Assembly: GCA_039920865.1 (NCBI GenBank)
Contig: JBDSCZ010000287.1
Location: forward strand, 1-44,825
Reading direction: 5' to 3'
DNA length: 44,825 nt
Source: Burkholderiaceae bacterium
GTDB lineage: Bacteria; Pseudomonadota; Gammaproteobacteria; Burkholderiales; Burkholderiaceae_D
Part shown: in pieces, positions 31,214-43,343 of the stretch
Numbering within the stretch: the first letter of the stretch is position 1
Layout: every line of letters starts with the position of its first letter
Program-made: the position numbers and the translations under genes
The notes under the pieces: model-generated
What the model was told of the DNA's origin: nothing
Databases searched by the model: none
Seen by the model: only the letters and a program-made list of their open reading frames with translations

Positions 31214-31738
31214 TTAATAATTACGTTTGGCGATTTCATTGCCAACATATCCACCGCCTACCGCACCTGCAATAGCTGCAAGTGTGCGGCCGTTACCGCC
31301 GCCTACCTGGCTACCTAATAACCCGCCGACTACTGCACCTAAGCCGATTCCGACTGGACTATTTTGTGCCACTGGCGCCGGCTGCTGGTATGCGGGTGCT
31401 TGAGAATATTGCCGCACTGGCTCTGCTTGTGCAATCTGGACCGGCCGTGCATGGGTTGGTGTTGCCCGATGTTGGACATACTTGTGGTGCACGACAGTTT
31501 TGTGTTCAACCACTTCCTTGGCCACGGCTGGAGCGTTTGCGACTTGCTGTGTGGGCACTGGTAAGGTTGCTGCAGCGGCAAGATGCGCTGCTTCATCGGC
31601 GTTGCCATTTGAATTCGGGAGAATGCCTGCAATGGCTGCAACGCCCAGCAAACTGACCAGCATCACAGACACTGCTGCGCCAGCCATTAATGGGTGGATG
31701 CGGTTCGAAGTGTGATTTATTTCCATTTGAAGCTCCAT
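31214..31738 (-). CDS. Glycine-zipper 2TM membrane protein
   Basis: RIHPLMAGAAVSV N-terminal TM; C-terminal GAVVGGLLGSQVGGGNGRTLAAIAGAVGGG. Confidence 0.87.
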   Translation of the reverse strand: MELQMEINHTSNRIHPLMAGAAVSVMLVSLLGVAAIAGILPNSNGNADEAAHLAAAATLPVPTQQVANAPAVAKEVVEHKTVVHHKYVQHRATPTHARPVQIAQAEPVRQYSQAPAYQQPAPVAQNSPVGIGLGAVVGGLLGSQVGGGNGRTLAAIAGAVGGGYVGNEIAKRNY

Positions 31739-31966
31739 TAAGTCGCCCGACGTGTGGCGTATGAACAGATTAATGTTTGGGCCGCGGAATGGATAGACGT
31801 CAACATGTTTCTCGAGTAAGCGTTTGTAACCAGAAGAGGAAAATGGTTTCAGGTGCGTTCAGTGTTTTTCGGACTGTAAAGCGGGCTATATCGCACGCCA
31901 CTGTTGAGCCGGTCTTTGCCGGTTCAGGAATATTTTCGCTAATGCATTGAATACAATGCGTAATCC

Positions 31967-32043
31967 TGGTCGGGGTGAGAGGATTCGAACCTCCGGCCTC
32001 TACGTCCCGAACGTAGCGCTCTACCGGACTAAGCTACACCCCG
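31967..32043 (-). tRNA. tRNA-Pro(CGG)
   Basis: CGGGGTGTAGCTTAGTCCGGTAGAGCG CTACG TT CGG GA CGTAG AGGCCGGAGGTTCGAATCCTCTCACCCCGACCA, 77 nt with encoded CCA. Confidence 0.97.
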
Positions 32044-32071
32044 ATTGCGATGCAGATGGCATATTCAATTT

Positions 32072-33058
32072 TCAGTGATTGCGTTTGACTGCAAAGCTGG
32101 ATAATTCTAGCAAAGAATTTTTGAATCGACTATCTGGCCATGACGCCAGCGCTGCAGTTGCTTTTGCAGCTGCCTGCAGGGCCTGACTTGTGGTGTATTC
32201 GATTGCGCCGGAGTTGGTGATGGCATCGAGGATCTGATCGAAATGCTGCTCGTCGCCGTTTTCGATGCAGGCGCGTACCAGTTCGCACTGTGCCGGCGTG
32301 CCATGTTGCATCAGGTAAATCAATGGCAGCGTCGGCTTGCCTTCGCGCAGGTCGTCGCCGACATTCTTGCCAATCTCGGCAGCATTGCCGGAGTAGTCCA
32401 GCACGTCGTCGATCAACTGAAAGGCGGTACCCAAAGAACGGCCGTATTCGGCGGCGGCTTCAATATCATCGTCAGAAGCACCCGCGACCCGCGCCCCCAG
32501 TTGCGCTGCCGCCTCGAACAATTTGGCGGTCTTGGAACGAATGACCTGCAAGTAGCGTTCTTCGGTTACTGCCGCATCGTGCATATTGATCAATTGCAGA
32601 ACCTCGCCTTCGGCAAGCACGTTGGTAGCATCGGACAGAATGCGCATGACCTCAATGTCGTCGATGGCGACCATCATCTGGAAAGCGCGTGAGTGGAGAA
32701 AGTCGCCCACCAAGACGGACGCAGCATTGCCGAATAGCGCATTGGCAGTTTTTCGTCCGCGCCGCAGCGAGGACTCGTCGACCACATCGTCGTGCAGCAA
32801 GGTAGCCGTGTGGATTAGTTCAACTACGGCTGCGAGTTCATGGTGGTGGGTGCCAGTGTAGCCGTGTGCATTTGCGACTAGCAAGAGCAGTTGCGGGCGT
32901 ATGCGCTTGCCACCGGCGCCGATGATGTACTGGGCAATCTGGTTGATGAGCGCAACATCGGAATGTAGGCGCTTACGAATCACGCGGTTGACGGCGTCCA
33001 TGTCGGCGCTGATCGATTGTAGCGAGTTGCTGGTGGTGAGGTCGGTTGCGGTAGACAA
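32072..33058 (-). CDS. ispB: Octaprenyl-diphosphate synthase
   Basis: GGKRIRP, LLHDDVVD, FQLIDDVLD, GDDLREGK; divergent from rplU. Confidence 0.94.
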   Translation of the reverse strand: MSTATDLTTSNSLQSISADMDAVNRVIRKRLHSDVALINQIAQYIIGAGGKRIRPQLLLLVANAHGYTGTHHHELAAVVELIHTATLLHDDVVDESSLRRGRKTANALFGNAASVLVGDFLHSRAFQMMVAIDDIEVMRILSDATNVLAEGEVLQLINMHDAAVTEERYLQVIRSKTAKLFEAAAQLGARVAGASDDDIEAAAEYGRSLGTAFQLIDDVLDYSGNAAEIGKNVGDDLREGKPTLPLIYLMQHGTPAQCELVRACIENGDEQHFDQILDAITNSGAIEYTTSQALQAAAKATAALASWPDSRFKNSLLELSSFAVKRNH

Positions 33059-33211
33059 GATGGTGCCTGTAAAAAATCATCAATTGCGGGGATTATACGA
33101 TGACAATATCATTGCGATGTGATCCGTTTCGACTGTTGGTCGGGAGCGAGATTGCCATCGGGGCGCGACGCCAATCGTCCATGCGTTGCTAGCGACGCGA
33201 GCGAATATCTG

Positions 33212-33281
33212 GAGTATCGTTAATTTACTGTGTATAGCCGCATATGTCACATGCATATATTTAAAATACATCCATGTGTAT
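33212..33281 (-). repeat. Dispersed spaced-motif element, copy H
   Basis: Minus strand: ATAC acatggat GTAT tttaaatata TGCA tgtgacata TGCG N21 ATAC tc. Confidence 0.78.
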
Positions 33282-33357
33282 TATAAATTTCCGGAGCCTG
33301 CTGTGGGTGACCCGGTAATGCGCGCCACATTTGCGCGGTAATCGGCGGCGGCAAATT

Positions 33358-33386
33358 TTGACCGGCGCTGCAAGTCCATGTATAAT
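33358..33386 (+). promoter_or_regulatory. Sigma70 promoter of rplU-rpmA
   Basis: TTGACC-N17-TATAAT. Confidence 0.75.
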
Positions 33387-33465
33387 TTGCGGTTCTCCGT
33401 ATTAGGCAAACATTTTTTTGCTTAATTCTGGGAAAAGTTTATTCAATCATTTGATGAGGTTCCAC

Positions 33466-33777
33466 ATGTACGCGGTCATAAAAACCGGTGGCAAACAATA
33501 TAAAGTTGTCGCTGGTGAAAAATTTAAAGTAGAACAGATACCTGCAGACATTGGCTCCGAAATCACCCTAGATCAAGTGCTCGCAGTGGGCTCAGGTGAC
33601 ACCATTAAATTTGGTGCTCCGCTGGTTGAAGGTGCAACGGTGCTGGTTACGGTAGTGGCCCAAGGGCGTCACGATAAGGTCAAGATTTTCAAGATGCGTC
33701 GTCGTAAGCATTACCAGAAGCATCAAGGCCATCGTCAAAATTATACCGAACTGCAAATCGTCTCCATCAACGCTTGA
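33466..33777 (+). CDS. rplU: 50S ribosomal protein L21
   Basis: [21 protein letters not shown]; RBS GAGG. Confidence 0.98.
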   Translation: MYAVIKTGGKQYKVVAGEKFKVEQIPADIGSEITLDQVLAVGSGDTIKFGAPLVEGATVLVTVVAQGRHDKVKIFKMRRRKHYQKHQGHRQNYTELQIVSINA

Positions 33778-33823
33778 TTTAATGCAGCGTTGATCGAGTT
33801 AACCAGACACTAAGGAGTTTCAA

Positions 33824-34096
33824 ATGGCACATAAAAAAGGCGGCGGCACTACGCGCAACGGTCGTGATTCCGAGTCAAAACGACTTGGCGTAAAGGTCTA
33901 CGGCGGCCAGGCAATCAATGCCGGTGGCATCATCATTCGCCAACGCGGTACTAAAGTACATCCTGGCGACAATGTCGGCATGGGCAAAGATCACACTTTG
34001 TTCGCACTGATCCAAGGCAAAGTGCAGTTTGTTATCAAAGGTGCATTGCAGCGCCAGTTCGTAACAGTTGTACCTGCGACAGTAGTACCTGCGTAA
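33824..34096 (+). CDS. rpmA: 50S ribosomal protein L27
   Basis: [24 protein letters not shown]. Confidence 0.98.
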   Translation: MAHKKGGGTTRNGRDSESKRLGVKVYGGQAINAGGIIIRQRGTKVHPGDNVGMGKDHTLFALIQGKVQFVIKGALQRQFVTVVPATVVPA

Positions 34097-34125
34097 GCAT
34101 CGTTTGTAACGATTGCGCAGTGTAA

Positions 34126-35301
<1,176 letters not shown>

Positions 35302-35451
35302 GCTGTATTTCCATATGGATCCCAAGAACGGCGGAACGGCGAGTGCCGCTACCGCCGTTTTCGATGCGGCGGCAAGCGCGCATACGCGCGCCGATTGTTG
35401 CGCCGATTAGTTGATCCTTGACTGTTTTTTTCAGTGGCAGTTCCCGAAAAT

Positions 35452-36570
35452 ATGCACTCTGTTATTCAAAATGCCAAACGGCTGGTAATTAAAGTGGGCT
35501 CTTCGCTGGTGACCAACGATGGGCGCGGTCTGGATCATGCTGCTATCGCAAAATGGGCCGATCAAATCGCCCGCTTGCGTCAGCTGGGCAAGGAAGTGGT
35601 GCTGGTCAGTTCCGGAGCGATTGCCGAAGGCATGCTGCGACTCGGCTTCGAGAAGCGTCCGACCGGCATCGACAAGTTGCAAGCCTGTGCTGCAGTAGGG
35701 CAGATGGGTCTGGCCCACATCTACGAAACCAGTTTTCAGGCGCACGGCCTGCGTACCGCACAGGTGCTGCTAACCCATGCCGACCTGGCGCACCGTGAGC
35801 GTTACCTGAATGCGCGCTCGACCCTGTTTACTTTGCTACGCCTGGGAGTGGTGCCGATCATCAACGAAAATGACACTGTGGTCACCGACGAGATCAAGTT
35901 CGGCGACAACGATACCCTGGGTGCCCTGGTGGCGAATCTGATCGAGGGCGATGCGTTGATCATCCTGACCGACCAGCAAGGCCTGTACACTGCCGACCCG
36001 CGTAAAGACCCGGATGCAGTATTCGTGCATCGGGCGAACGCAGGCGATCTGGCGCTGGAAACCATGGCCGGCGGCGCCGGCAGCAGTCTTGGACGCGGTG
36101 GCATGCTGACCAAGATACTGGCGGCAAAGCGGGCAGCCCGTTCCGGCGCTCATACGGTCATTGCCTGGGGGCGTGAGGAAGATGTGCTGACCCGTTTGGC
36201 TGCAGGGGAATTAATTGGCACGCAGTTGACCGCACAAACCGGGCAACTGACCGCGCGCAAACAGTGGATGTCAGATCATTTACAGACTGCCGGCAAGGTC
36301 GTGCTGGACGCGGGCGCGGTACAAAAAGTGAGGGAAGAAGGGAAATCCCTGTTGCCGATCGGCGTCATCCATGTACACGGCCAGTTCGGTCGGGGCGAAG
36401 TTATTACCTGCATCGATGAAGACGGGCGAGCAGTGGCACGCGGATTGACCAACTATTCGAGTTCGGATGCGCGCCGCATTATCCGGCACCCTTCAGGCGA
36501 CATCGAATCGATCCTGGGCTTCATAGAAGAGCCCGAACTGATCCACCGCGATAATCTGGTACTTCTTTGA
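35452..36570 (+). CDS. proB: Glutamate 5-kinase with PUA domain
   Basis: [40 protein letters not shown]. Confidence 0.96.
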   Translation: MHSVIQNAKRLVIKVGSSLVTNDGRGLDHAAIAKWADQIARLRQLGKEVVLVSSGAIAEGMLRLGFEKRPTGIDKLQACAAVGQMGLAHIYETSFQAHGLRTAQVLLTHADLAHRERYLNARSTLFTLLRLGVVPIINENDTVVTDEIKFGDNDTLGALVANLIEGDALIILTDQQGLYTADPRKDPDAVFVHRANAGDLALETMAGGAGSSLGRGGMLTKILAAKRAARSGAHTVIAWGREEDVLTRLAAGELIGTQLTAQTGQLTARKQWMSDHLQTAGKVVLDAGAVQKVREEGKSLLPIGVIHVHGQFGRGEVITCIDEDGRAVARGLTNYSSSDARRIIRHPSGDIESILGFIEEPELIHRDNLVLL

Positions 36571-36621
36571 ACCCGGCCCGGTTCCGCAGCGACAGCAATG
36601 CCGGGCTGTTCTTAGCGTTAG

Positions 36622-37197
36622 TTAATCGCTGGAAATCGGCATTGGGCGCCGGTTGCGTATCCTGTCGATGATCTCCGCTGCCTTCCCTGCAAGTTGGCCG
36701 TCGCGGCAGAAATAATCCTGAGCCAGCGTCACGTGTTGCCGGTTTGCGGCATTCTTGAAAATTGGCTGCCACTCGTCGCGCCTGGCACGCGACCAACTGC
36801 CGTCTGCACGGCCGAATGCATACAGTTTCTTTTCGAACGACTGGCAGCGGATCCCTTCATAACTGATACTGCTGGCACCATTGCTGCTTTTCGCCACCAG
36901 CGTGTAACGCACCACGCCGTCGGTTCCGACCGTCAGCGTTCTGGGGTCGATATGGAAGCTTTGGGACGTATTCGGAGTGATGGCGAAGTGCAGCAATAGA
37001 TTGGGATCGGGAGCCACCGGCAGTTCTGCCGCTAGCTCCTGCCATGGTTTGACCTTGTTGCTTTCTTCGTCGGGCGATTGAGACTGCGCCATTGCATTAC
37101 TGGACAGCAGGACCAGCAAAGCGGTTGTCAGAAAAACGGCAGGTGTGCTGCGCGCCTCAGTAAATAGATTGCTTATTTGCATGAAAATTTTACTCAT
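36622..37197 (-). CDS. CNP1-like family exported protein
   Basis: Signal peptide, [22 protein letters not shown]; usual position downstream of rppH. Confidence 0.8.
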   Translation of the reverse strand: MSKIFMQISNLFTEARSTPAVFLTTALLVLLSSNAMAQSQSPDEESNKVKPWQELAAELPVAPDPNLLLHFAITPNTSQSFHIDPRTLTVGTDGVVRYTLVAKSSNGASSISYEGIRCQSFEKKLYAFGRADGSWSRARRDEWQPIFKNAANRQHVTLAQDYFCRDGQLAGKAAEIIDRIRNRRPMPISSD

Positions 37198-37756
37198 CCT
37201 TGGATTCTGTATCCGGCATGTAGGGCGCATGTGGTTGACGCAAGTAGCGTGCTATCTGCCGCTGCGGCAGCGTCACGACCACCGGACGCGACAGGAAACG
37301 CGATAGTTCCTGTAGCGCTTTTTGGTAGACGTCGCGCTTGAACTCGATTACGACGTCCAGTGGCACCCAATAATCGTGCCAGCGCCACGCATCGAATTCC
37401 GGATGCGTGCTGATGCGCAGATTGACATCGCTATCGCGACCAACCATGCGTAACAGGAACCAGATCTGCTTTTGGCCGCGATAGTGGCCACGGATTTCAC
37501 GCTTGATGAAATGGTCCGGCACCTCATAGCGCAGCCAATCGCGGGTGCGACCGACCACCCGTACATGTTCCGGTCGCAAACCGACTTCTTCTTCCAGTTC
37601 GCGAAACATCGCCTGCTCCGGAGATTCTCCGTACTTGATGCCGCCTTGCGGAAATTGCCACGAGTGCTCGCGCACCCGCTTGCCCCACCACACCTCGTTT
37701 TGTGTGTTGAGCAGGATAATGCCGACGTTGGGACGAAACCCTTCACGATCCAGCAT
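37190..37756 (-). CDS. rppH: RNA pyrophosphohydrolase
   Basis: [13 protein letters not shown], Nudix box [15 protein letters not shown]. Confidence 0.96.
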   Translation of the reverse strand: MLDREGFRPNVGIILLNTQNEVWWGKRVREHSWQFPQGGIKYGESPEQAMFRELEEEVGLRPEHVRVVGRTRDWLRYEVPDHFIKREIRGHYRGQKQIWFLLRMVGRDSDVNLRISTHPEFDAWRWHDYWVPLDVVIEFKRDVYQKALQELSRFLSRPVVVTLPQRQIARYLRQPHAPYMPDTESKDE

Positions 37757-37952
37757 ACTTTACCTCGAAACTTTCTGCCGCTAGCTGCACCTCATCCTGA
37801 ATTTGGCACCGGTAATGCATCGCGCGCACGCTGCCTGCGAGTGGCGTTGCACGGTGTCTTGAGCCAATTGTACGAAGATGTGATGCATCAGCCTGCGAAT
37901 ACTTTAAAATTGAGTTGATTATAACTCTCTCTTTTTAAAAGAATCCATCGTC

Positions 37953-39683
37953 ATGCGCGCTTCCCGTTTTTTCATTTCCACCCTCAAAGAAGCACCTTCA
38001 GATGCTGAAGTCGTCAGTCACAAGCTCATGGTGCGTGCCGGCATGGTCAAGCGCGTCGGCTCCGGTATCTATACTTATATGCCGATGGGCCTGCGCGTCA
38101 TTCGCAAGGTGGAGGCCATCGTGCGCGAAGAAATGGTGCGCGCCGGGGCTATCGAGATGTTGATGCCAGTGGTACAACCGGCCGAGTTATGGCAGGAGAC
38201 CGGTCGCTGGGACAAGATGGGGCCGGAACTGATGCGGGTCAAGGACCGGCACGGTCGCGACTATGCGATCCAGCCGACTTCGGAGGAAGTGATCACCGAT
38301 GTGGTGCGCTCCGAAATCAAGTCGTACCGTCAGTTGCCGCTCAATTTTTATCATATCCAGACCAAATTTCGCGACGAGCGCCGGCCGCGCTTCGGCTTGA
38401 TGCGCGGGCGCGAATTCACGATGAAGGATGCCTACTCGTTCGATCGCGATACGGCTGGCCTGAAGCAGTCGTATCAGCTGATGTACGACGCGTATGTGTG
38501 CATTTTCAATCGATTCGGTCTGCAATTCCGCGCGGTGGCGGCCGACAATGGCGCCATCGGCGGCACCGGTTCGCATGAATTTCACGTCATTACCGATACC
38601 GGCGAAGATGCCATCGTGTATTGCCCCAGTTCTGATTACGCGGCCAACATGGAGGCGGCGGAAGCGCTGCCGCTGGGCGCGCAGCGCGTCGCGGCAACCG
38701 AAGCGCTGGTCAAGACCGCCACCCCGGGCCAGGCGAAATGCGAGCAGGTCGCCGAGTATTTGAAGATTCCGCTGGAAAAAACAATTAAGTCGATCGTGCT
38801 GACGGTTGAAAAGCCGGAAGGCAAGGAAGTCTGGCTGCTGCTGTTGCGCGGCGACCACAATCTGAATGAAGTCAAAGTGAGCAAGATCCCCGGCATCGCC
38901 GGCTATCGTTTTGCCACCGAAGAGGAGATTTTGGAATGGTTCGGCTCCAGGCCCGGCTACCTGGGGCCGATCAACACCGTCAAGCCGGTCCGGCTGGTGG
39001 CCGACCGCACGGTGGCCAACATGAACGATTTCGTCTGCGGCGCAAATGCCGAGGATTTCCACTTCACCGGCGCCAACTGGGGCCGCGATCTGCCGGAGCC
39101 GATGGTCGCCGATTTGCGCGACGTGGTGGCCGGCGATCCGTCGCCGGATGGCAAAGGCATATTGGCGATCCAGCGCGGCATCGAGGTCGGGCATGTGTTT
39201 CAACTCGGCACCAGCTATTCCGAATCGATGAAGGCGACCTTCCTGGACGAGAACGGCAAGCCGCAACTGCTGCAAATGGGCTGTTACGGGATCGGCGTGA
39301 CGCGCATTCTGGGGGCGGCAATCGAGCAGAATTTTGACGACAAAGGTATCATCTGGCCGGCGTCGCTGGCGCCGTTCGAAGTGGTGCTGTGTCCGATGGG
39401 CTACGATCGTAGCGAAGCGGTCAAGCTCGAAACCGACCGGCTGTATGCCGAGTTGTTGGCTGCCGGCGTCGATGTGATGCTGGACGATCGCGGCGAGCGC
39501 CCGGGCGCGATGTTTGCAGACTGGGAATTGATTGGCGTGCCGCATCGGGTGGTGATCGGCGATCGCGGCCTGAAGGACGGCAAGCTGGAATACCAGGGCC
39601 GGCGCGATAGCGCGGCAACCGTGGTGCCGGCAGCGGAGATGTCGGACTTCGTTTGTGCCCGCCTGGCGGCTTCACGATCCTGA
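37953..39683 (+). CDS. proS: Proline--tRNA ligase
   Basis: [20 protein letters not shown] editing domain, [18 protein letters not shown]. Confidence 0.97.
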   Translation: MRASRFFISTLKEAPSDAEVVSHKLMVRAGMVKRVGSGIYTYMPMGLRVIRKVEAIVREEMVRAGAIEMLMPVVQPAELWQETGRWDKMGPELMRVKDRHGRDYAIQPTSEEVITDVVRSEIKSYRQLPLNFYHIQTKFRDERRPRFGLMRGREFTMKDAYSFDRDTAGLKQSYQLMYDAYVCIFNRFGLQFRAVAADNGAIGGTGSHEFHVITDTGEDAIVYCPSSDYAANMEAAEALPLGAQRVAATEALVKTATPGQAKCEQVAEYLKIPLEKTIKSIVLTVEKPEGKEVWLLLLRGDHNLNEVKVSKIPGIAGYRFATEEEILEWFGSRPGYLGPINTVKPVRLVADRTVANMNDFVCGANAEDFHFTGANWGRDLPEPMVADLRDVVAGDPSPDGKGILAIQRGIEVGHVFQLGTSYSESMKATFLDENGKPQLLQMGCYGIGVTRILGAAIEQNFDDKGIIWPASLAPFEVVLCPMGYDRSEAVKLETDRLYAELLAAGVDVMLDDRGERPGAMFADWELIGVPHRVVIGDRGLKDGKLEYQGRRDSAATVVPAAEMSDFVCARLAASRS

Positions 39684-39692
39684 TATATTTTA

Positions 39693-39761
39693 ATTTAATA
39701 GGGAGTATTTATGAAGTCGTATAGTTATATTGCGGTAAATACATGCTTTTGATTAATACTG
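39693..39761 (+). repeat. Dispersed spaced-motif element, copy E (left ATAC lost)
   Basis: GTAT(39705) ttatgaagt CGTA tagttatat TGCG N21 ATAC tg. Confidence 0.72.
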
Positions 39762-40372
39762 GATCAGTGTATGTAATATTCTCGCGACTTCTTCTGGGCG
39801 TTCTTCTGAGCGTCTGCCTGCCGGTGCAGGCGGGCAACCAGCAGGAAATCGCGCTGGCCGACTCGGTGCGGCTGGCACTGGCCCGGACGGTTGCGGATGG
39901 GCGCCCACCCAAGCCGCAGATCGAAGATGCCGGTGAGCGCAGCGAATATCTGCGCTGGCTGGGCGAGATGTCGCAGCGGCTGCAGCGGAGAATCCCCGAT
40001 CTGCAGATGCGGCAGGAATTTCTGGAGTCGGTCTGGTATGAAGCGACCCGCGCCGGACTCGATCCGGCCATGGTGCTGGGGCTGATTCAGGTCGAATCGG
40101 CATTCCGCAAATACGCGATGTCGATCGTCGGTGCCCGCGGTTACATGCAGGTGATGCCGTTCTGGACCCGGGTCATCGGCGACAGCGATCACAGCAAGCT
40201 GTTCCAGATGCAAGCCAATTTGCGCTATGGTTGCGCGATTCTGCGCATGTACGTCGATATGGAAAAGGGCAATCTGTACCTGGCCCTGGGCCGCTATAAC
40301 GGCAGCCGCGGCCGACCGGATTATCCGAATGCGGTGCTGGCGGCCTGGAACCGGTGGAAATTGCAAAGCTAG
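39743..40372 (+). CDS. SLT-family lytic transglycosylase (start uncertain)
   Basis: LIQVESAF, GARGYMQVMP, NLRYG, ALGRYNG. Confidence 0.9.
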   Translation: MLLINTGSVYVIFSRLLLGVLLSVCLPVQAGNQQEIALADSVRLALARTVADGRPPKPQIEDAGERSEYLRWLGEMSQRLQRRIPDLQMRQEFLESVWYEATRAGLDPAMVLGLIQVESAFRKYAMSIVGARGYMQVMPFWTRVIGDSDHSKLFQMQANLRYGCAILRMYVDMEKGNLYLALGRYNGSRGRPDYPNAVLAAWNRWKLQS

Positions 40373-40417
40373 ATTCTCATCTGTCAGCGCAGTGCCCTTA
40401 TTGGTAATAATAAAAAA

Positions 40418-41353
40418 ATGTTGAAACAAAGAACCATCAAAAAAACGGTCAAAACCGTTGGCGTCGGGCTGCATTCCGGCACCAAGGTCGAACTGACCTT
40501 GCGCCCGAGCGCTCCGGATAGCGGGATCACCTTTCGTCGCGTTGACCTTGATCCGGTCGTCAGCTTCCCGGCCGCAGCACTGGGCATCGGCGATACGCGC
40601 ATGGCGTCGACCCTGGTCAATCAGGGCGCCCGGGTGTCGACCGTCGAGCATGTGATGTCGGCCTGCGCCGGGCTGGGCATTGATAATCTGGTGATCGACG
40701 TCAGCGCCGAAGAGATTCCGATCATGGACGGCTCTGCCTCGTCTTTCGTATTTTTATTGCAACAGGCCGGCATGCAGGAGCAGGAAGCGGCCAAGAAATT
40801 CATTCGGGTGCTGAAACCGGTGGAAATCCGCGAAGGGCAGGGCGCGGCCGAAAAATGGGCGCGGCTGGAACCTTTCAACGGTTTCAAACTGCGCTTTTTC
40901 ATCGAGTTCAACCATCCTGCGGTAGATGGCACCAGCCAGCAGGCCGAAGTCGATTTCGACCAGGTTTCGTATGTGAGCGACGTCGCACGGGCCCGCACTT
41001 TCGGCTTCATGCAGGACGTGGAAACTTTGCGCGGCCTGGGCCTGGCGCGCGGCGGCTCGATGGAAAACGCGATCGTGATGGATGAATACCGGATCCTGAA
41101 CATGGATGGCTTGCGCTACGACGACGAATTCGTGCGCCACAAGATTCTCGATGCGATCGGCGACCTGTACCTGGTCGGCCATCCACTGCTGGCCAGCTAT
41201 GTCGCGCACAAATCCGGCCATGGCTTGAACAACCAGTTGTTGCGCGCGCTGCTGGCGCAGCCGGATGCCTATGAAATTATCAGCTTCGCGCGCACCGAGG
41301 CCGCGCCGCCGGCCTATGCCAACCAGGCCGGCATGGAATGGGCGCTGGTGTGA
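40418..41353 (+). CDS. lpxC: UDP-3-O-acyl-GlcNAc deacetylase
   Basis: [40 protein letters not shown]. Confidence 0.96.
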   Translation: MLKQRTIKKTVKTVGVGLHSGTKVELTLRPSAPDSGITFRRVDLDPVVSFPAAALGIGDTRMASTLVNQGARVSTVEHVMSACAGLGIDNLVIDVSAEEIPIMDGSASSFVFLLQQAGMQEQEAAKKFIRVLKPVEIREGQGAAEKWARLEPFNGFKLRFFIEFNHPAVDGTSQQAEVDFDQVSYVSDVARARTFGFMQDVETLRGLGLARGGSMENAIVMDEYRILNMDGLRYDDEFVRHKILDAIGDLYLVGHPLLASYVAHKSGHGLNNQLLRALLAQPDAYEIISFARTEAAPPAYANQAGMEWALV

Positions 41354-41381
41354 GCGTCATCGTTATATTTGGAGCGTCGAT

Positions 41382-42284
41382 ATGAGCGCCACCCGCAAGC
41401 CGCTGGACGGCATTGGCGTGCTGGTGATGCTGGTGTTGAGCCTGTGCTTTGGCTTGCAGCAGGTGGCCGTCGTGGTGGCGGCGCAAAGCATCCATCCGGT
41501 AATGCAAATGGCGCTGCGCTGTGGCTTCGCGGCCGTGCTGGTGAGCGCGCTGATGTGCTGGCGCGGCAGCAGTTTTTCGGTGCGCGACGGCACTCTCTGG
41601 CCTGGGATTGCGGCCGGTGTATTGTTCGCGGCCGAATTTCTCTGCGTATCGCTCGGACTCAGTTACACCACGGCGTCGCATATGGTGGTGTTTCTGTACA
41701 CCGCACCGATTTTTGCCGTGCTGGGCTTGCATTTTTTCGTGCTGACCGAGCGCATCGGGCGTGCCCAGTGGCTGGGCGTGTTGCTGGCCTTTGGCGGCAT
41801 TGCGTATGCATTTTCCGATAGCTTCGGAAGTGGCGGCGCTATCACGGTTGATATGCTGACAGGCGACATTCTGGCGGTATTGGGCGGCTTGTTCTGGGCC
41901 GCAACCACGATAGTTGTGCGCACCACTGCGCTGTCGGAGGCGGCCCCGACTCGTACCCTGTTGTATCAATTGGTGGTGGCTAGCGCGCTGTTGCTGGTTA
42001 TCGCGGGCGGGCTGCACCAGTCTTCGATTGATGTCATGAGCGGCATCGCCTGGGTCAGCCTGTTGTTTCAGAGTGTGATCGTAGCCTTCGCCTGTTTTCT
42101 GGCTTGGTTCTGGATGCTGCGCCATTATCTGGCGTCGCGGGTTTCGGTGTTTTCCTTTCTGACGCCGCTGTTCGGTGTCGCGTTCGGCGTATTGCTGCTC
42201 AACGATCCGATCAATTTGCGTTTTGCCGTCGGTGCGGCGCTGGTGCTGGCCGGGGTTGTGATGGTGAATCTGCGCCGTGCATGA
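41382..42284 (+). CDS. DMT/EamA-family transporter (start revised to MSATRK)
   Basis: About ten hydrophobic segments, LYTAPIF, FSFLTPLFGV. Confidence 0.9.
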   Translation: MSATRKPLDGIGVLVMLVLSLCFGLQQVAVVVAAQSIHPVMQMALRCGFAAVLVSALMCWRGSSFSVRDGTLWPGIAAGVLFAAEFLCVSLGLSYTTASHMVVFLYTAPIFAVLGLHFFVLTERIGRAQWLGVLLAFGGIAYAFSDSFGSGGAITVDMLTGDILAVLGGLFWAATTIVVRTTALSEAAPTRTLLYQLVVASALLLVIAGGLHQSSIDVMSGIAWVSLLFQSVIVAFACFLAWFWMLRHYLASRVSVFSFLTPLFGVAFGVLLLNDPINLRFAVGAALVLAGVVMVNLRRA

Positions 42285-42323
42285 GGGGTTGCGCATGTTT
42301 TTCGCCGGACTTCCCCTTAAGTT

Positions 42324-42392
42324 GTACTGCCAATAGTATTTTTTTAACGCCAATAATTATGTGCGTTGGCTTCTATTTTTTACGGCGTACCC
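42324..42392 (+). repeat. Dispersed spaced-motif element, copy G
   Basis: GTAC tgccaata GTAT ttttttaac GCCA ataattatg TGCG N21 GTAC cc. Confidence 0.72.
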
Positions 42393-42453
42393 CAATTATT
42401 TTACCTGATCAGCTATATACCTCAGACACAGCATTGCACGTTCAAAAATCCCC

Positions 42454-42532
42454 GTCGTCCCCGCGAAGGCGGGGATCCATACACCTGTGATTCAGCGTGC
42501 GATGTATGGTTTCCCGCCTTCGCGGGAATGAC
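42454..42532. repeat. REP doublet (REPIN-like inverted pair, dRS3-like units)
   Basis: GTCGTCCCCGCGAAGGCGGGGATCCATACA and inverted GTCATTCCCGCGAAGGCGGGAAACCATACA. Confidence 0.85.
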
Positions 42533-42707
42533 AATATTGTGAATTCCGCTCTTAGTCGGAGGTTGGTAGCTAATCAGGTTATTTTATTGATCGATTAGTT
42601 TGTTGCAGCGCTGTGCGGCGGTTCTGTAAGGATATGTGCCGGTGGATTGGACAACGCGCGATGCGCGAATTTGGATTTAATGTAGCGTAATTTTCAAAGG
42701 TTTCGAT

Positions 42708-43334
42708 ATGCGTCAGTTGGATACTTTTATCATCGGCCTGGATAAGGCATTGCGCGTGGTGTCGGGCGTAGCTGCTGCATCCCGGCCTTGCCCTGCAGGC
42801 TTGGGCGAGAGTGGCCAGATGGACGACAAGGAGCGCCGCCATAGCGCCGGCCTGATGCGCATCAACCATGTCGGCGAAGTGTGCGCGCAGGCGCTGTACG
42901 ACGCCCAGGGACGGTTTTCCGCGAATACGCAATTGCAGCAGCAGTTCGCCCAAGCCGGGCGCGAGGAGGAAGATCATCTGGCCTGGACTGCGCAACGATT
43001 GCAGGAGCTGGGTTCCCGCACTAGTCTGCTCAATCCGTTGTGGTACGCCGGCGCCTATGCGCTGGGCGCCATCGCCGCCAAGCTGGGGGATGCGCGCAGC
43101 CTGGGTTTCGTAGTCGAGACCGAGCGCCAAGTCGAAGCGCATCTGAATAGCCACCTCGCCCTTTTGCCGGCGCAGGATACCCGATCACGGGCGATTGTCT
43201 ACCAGATGCGCATCGATGAAATTGCCCACGGAGCGGCGGCCCAGTCGCTTGGTGCGGCAGACACGCCAGCGTCGATCCGGGTGGCGATGCAGGCGATGGC
43301 CAAACTGATGACGGCTACCGCTTACCGGATTTGA
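42708..43334 (+). CDS. coq7: Demethoxyubiquinone hydroxylase (di-iron)
   Basis: LMRINHVGEVCAQALY, EEDHLAW, ETERQVEAHL, DEIAH. Confidence 0.94.
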   Translation: MRQLDTFIIGLDKALRVVSGVAAASRPCPAGLGESGQMDDKERRHSAGLMRINHVGEVCAQALYDAQGRFSANTQLQQQFAQAGREEEDHLAWTAQRLQELGSRTSLLNPLWYAGAYALGAIAAKLGDARSLGFVVETERQVEAHLNSHLALLPAQDTRSRAIVYQMRIDEIAHGAAAQSLGAADTPASIRVAMQAMAKLMTATAYRI

Positions 43335-43343
43335 CTTCAGCCT

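Noticed and set aside
38187-39545. Long antisense ORFs (also 15717-17063, 41280-42353, 19051-19962, 8219-9223)
   Set aside because: Shadow frames of well-supported GC-rich genes on the opposite strand.
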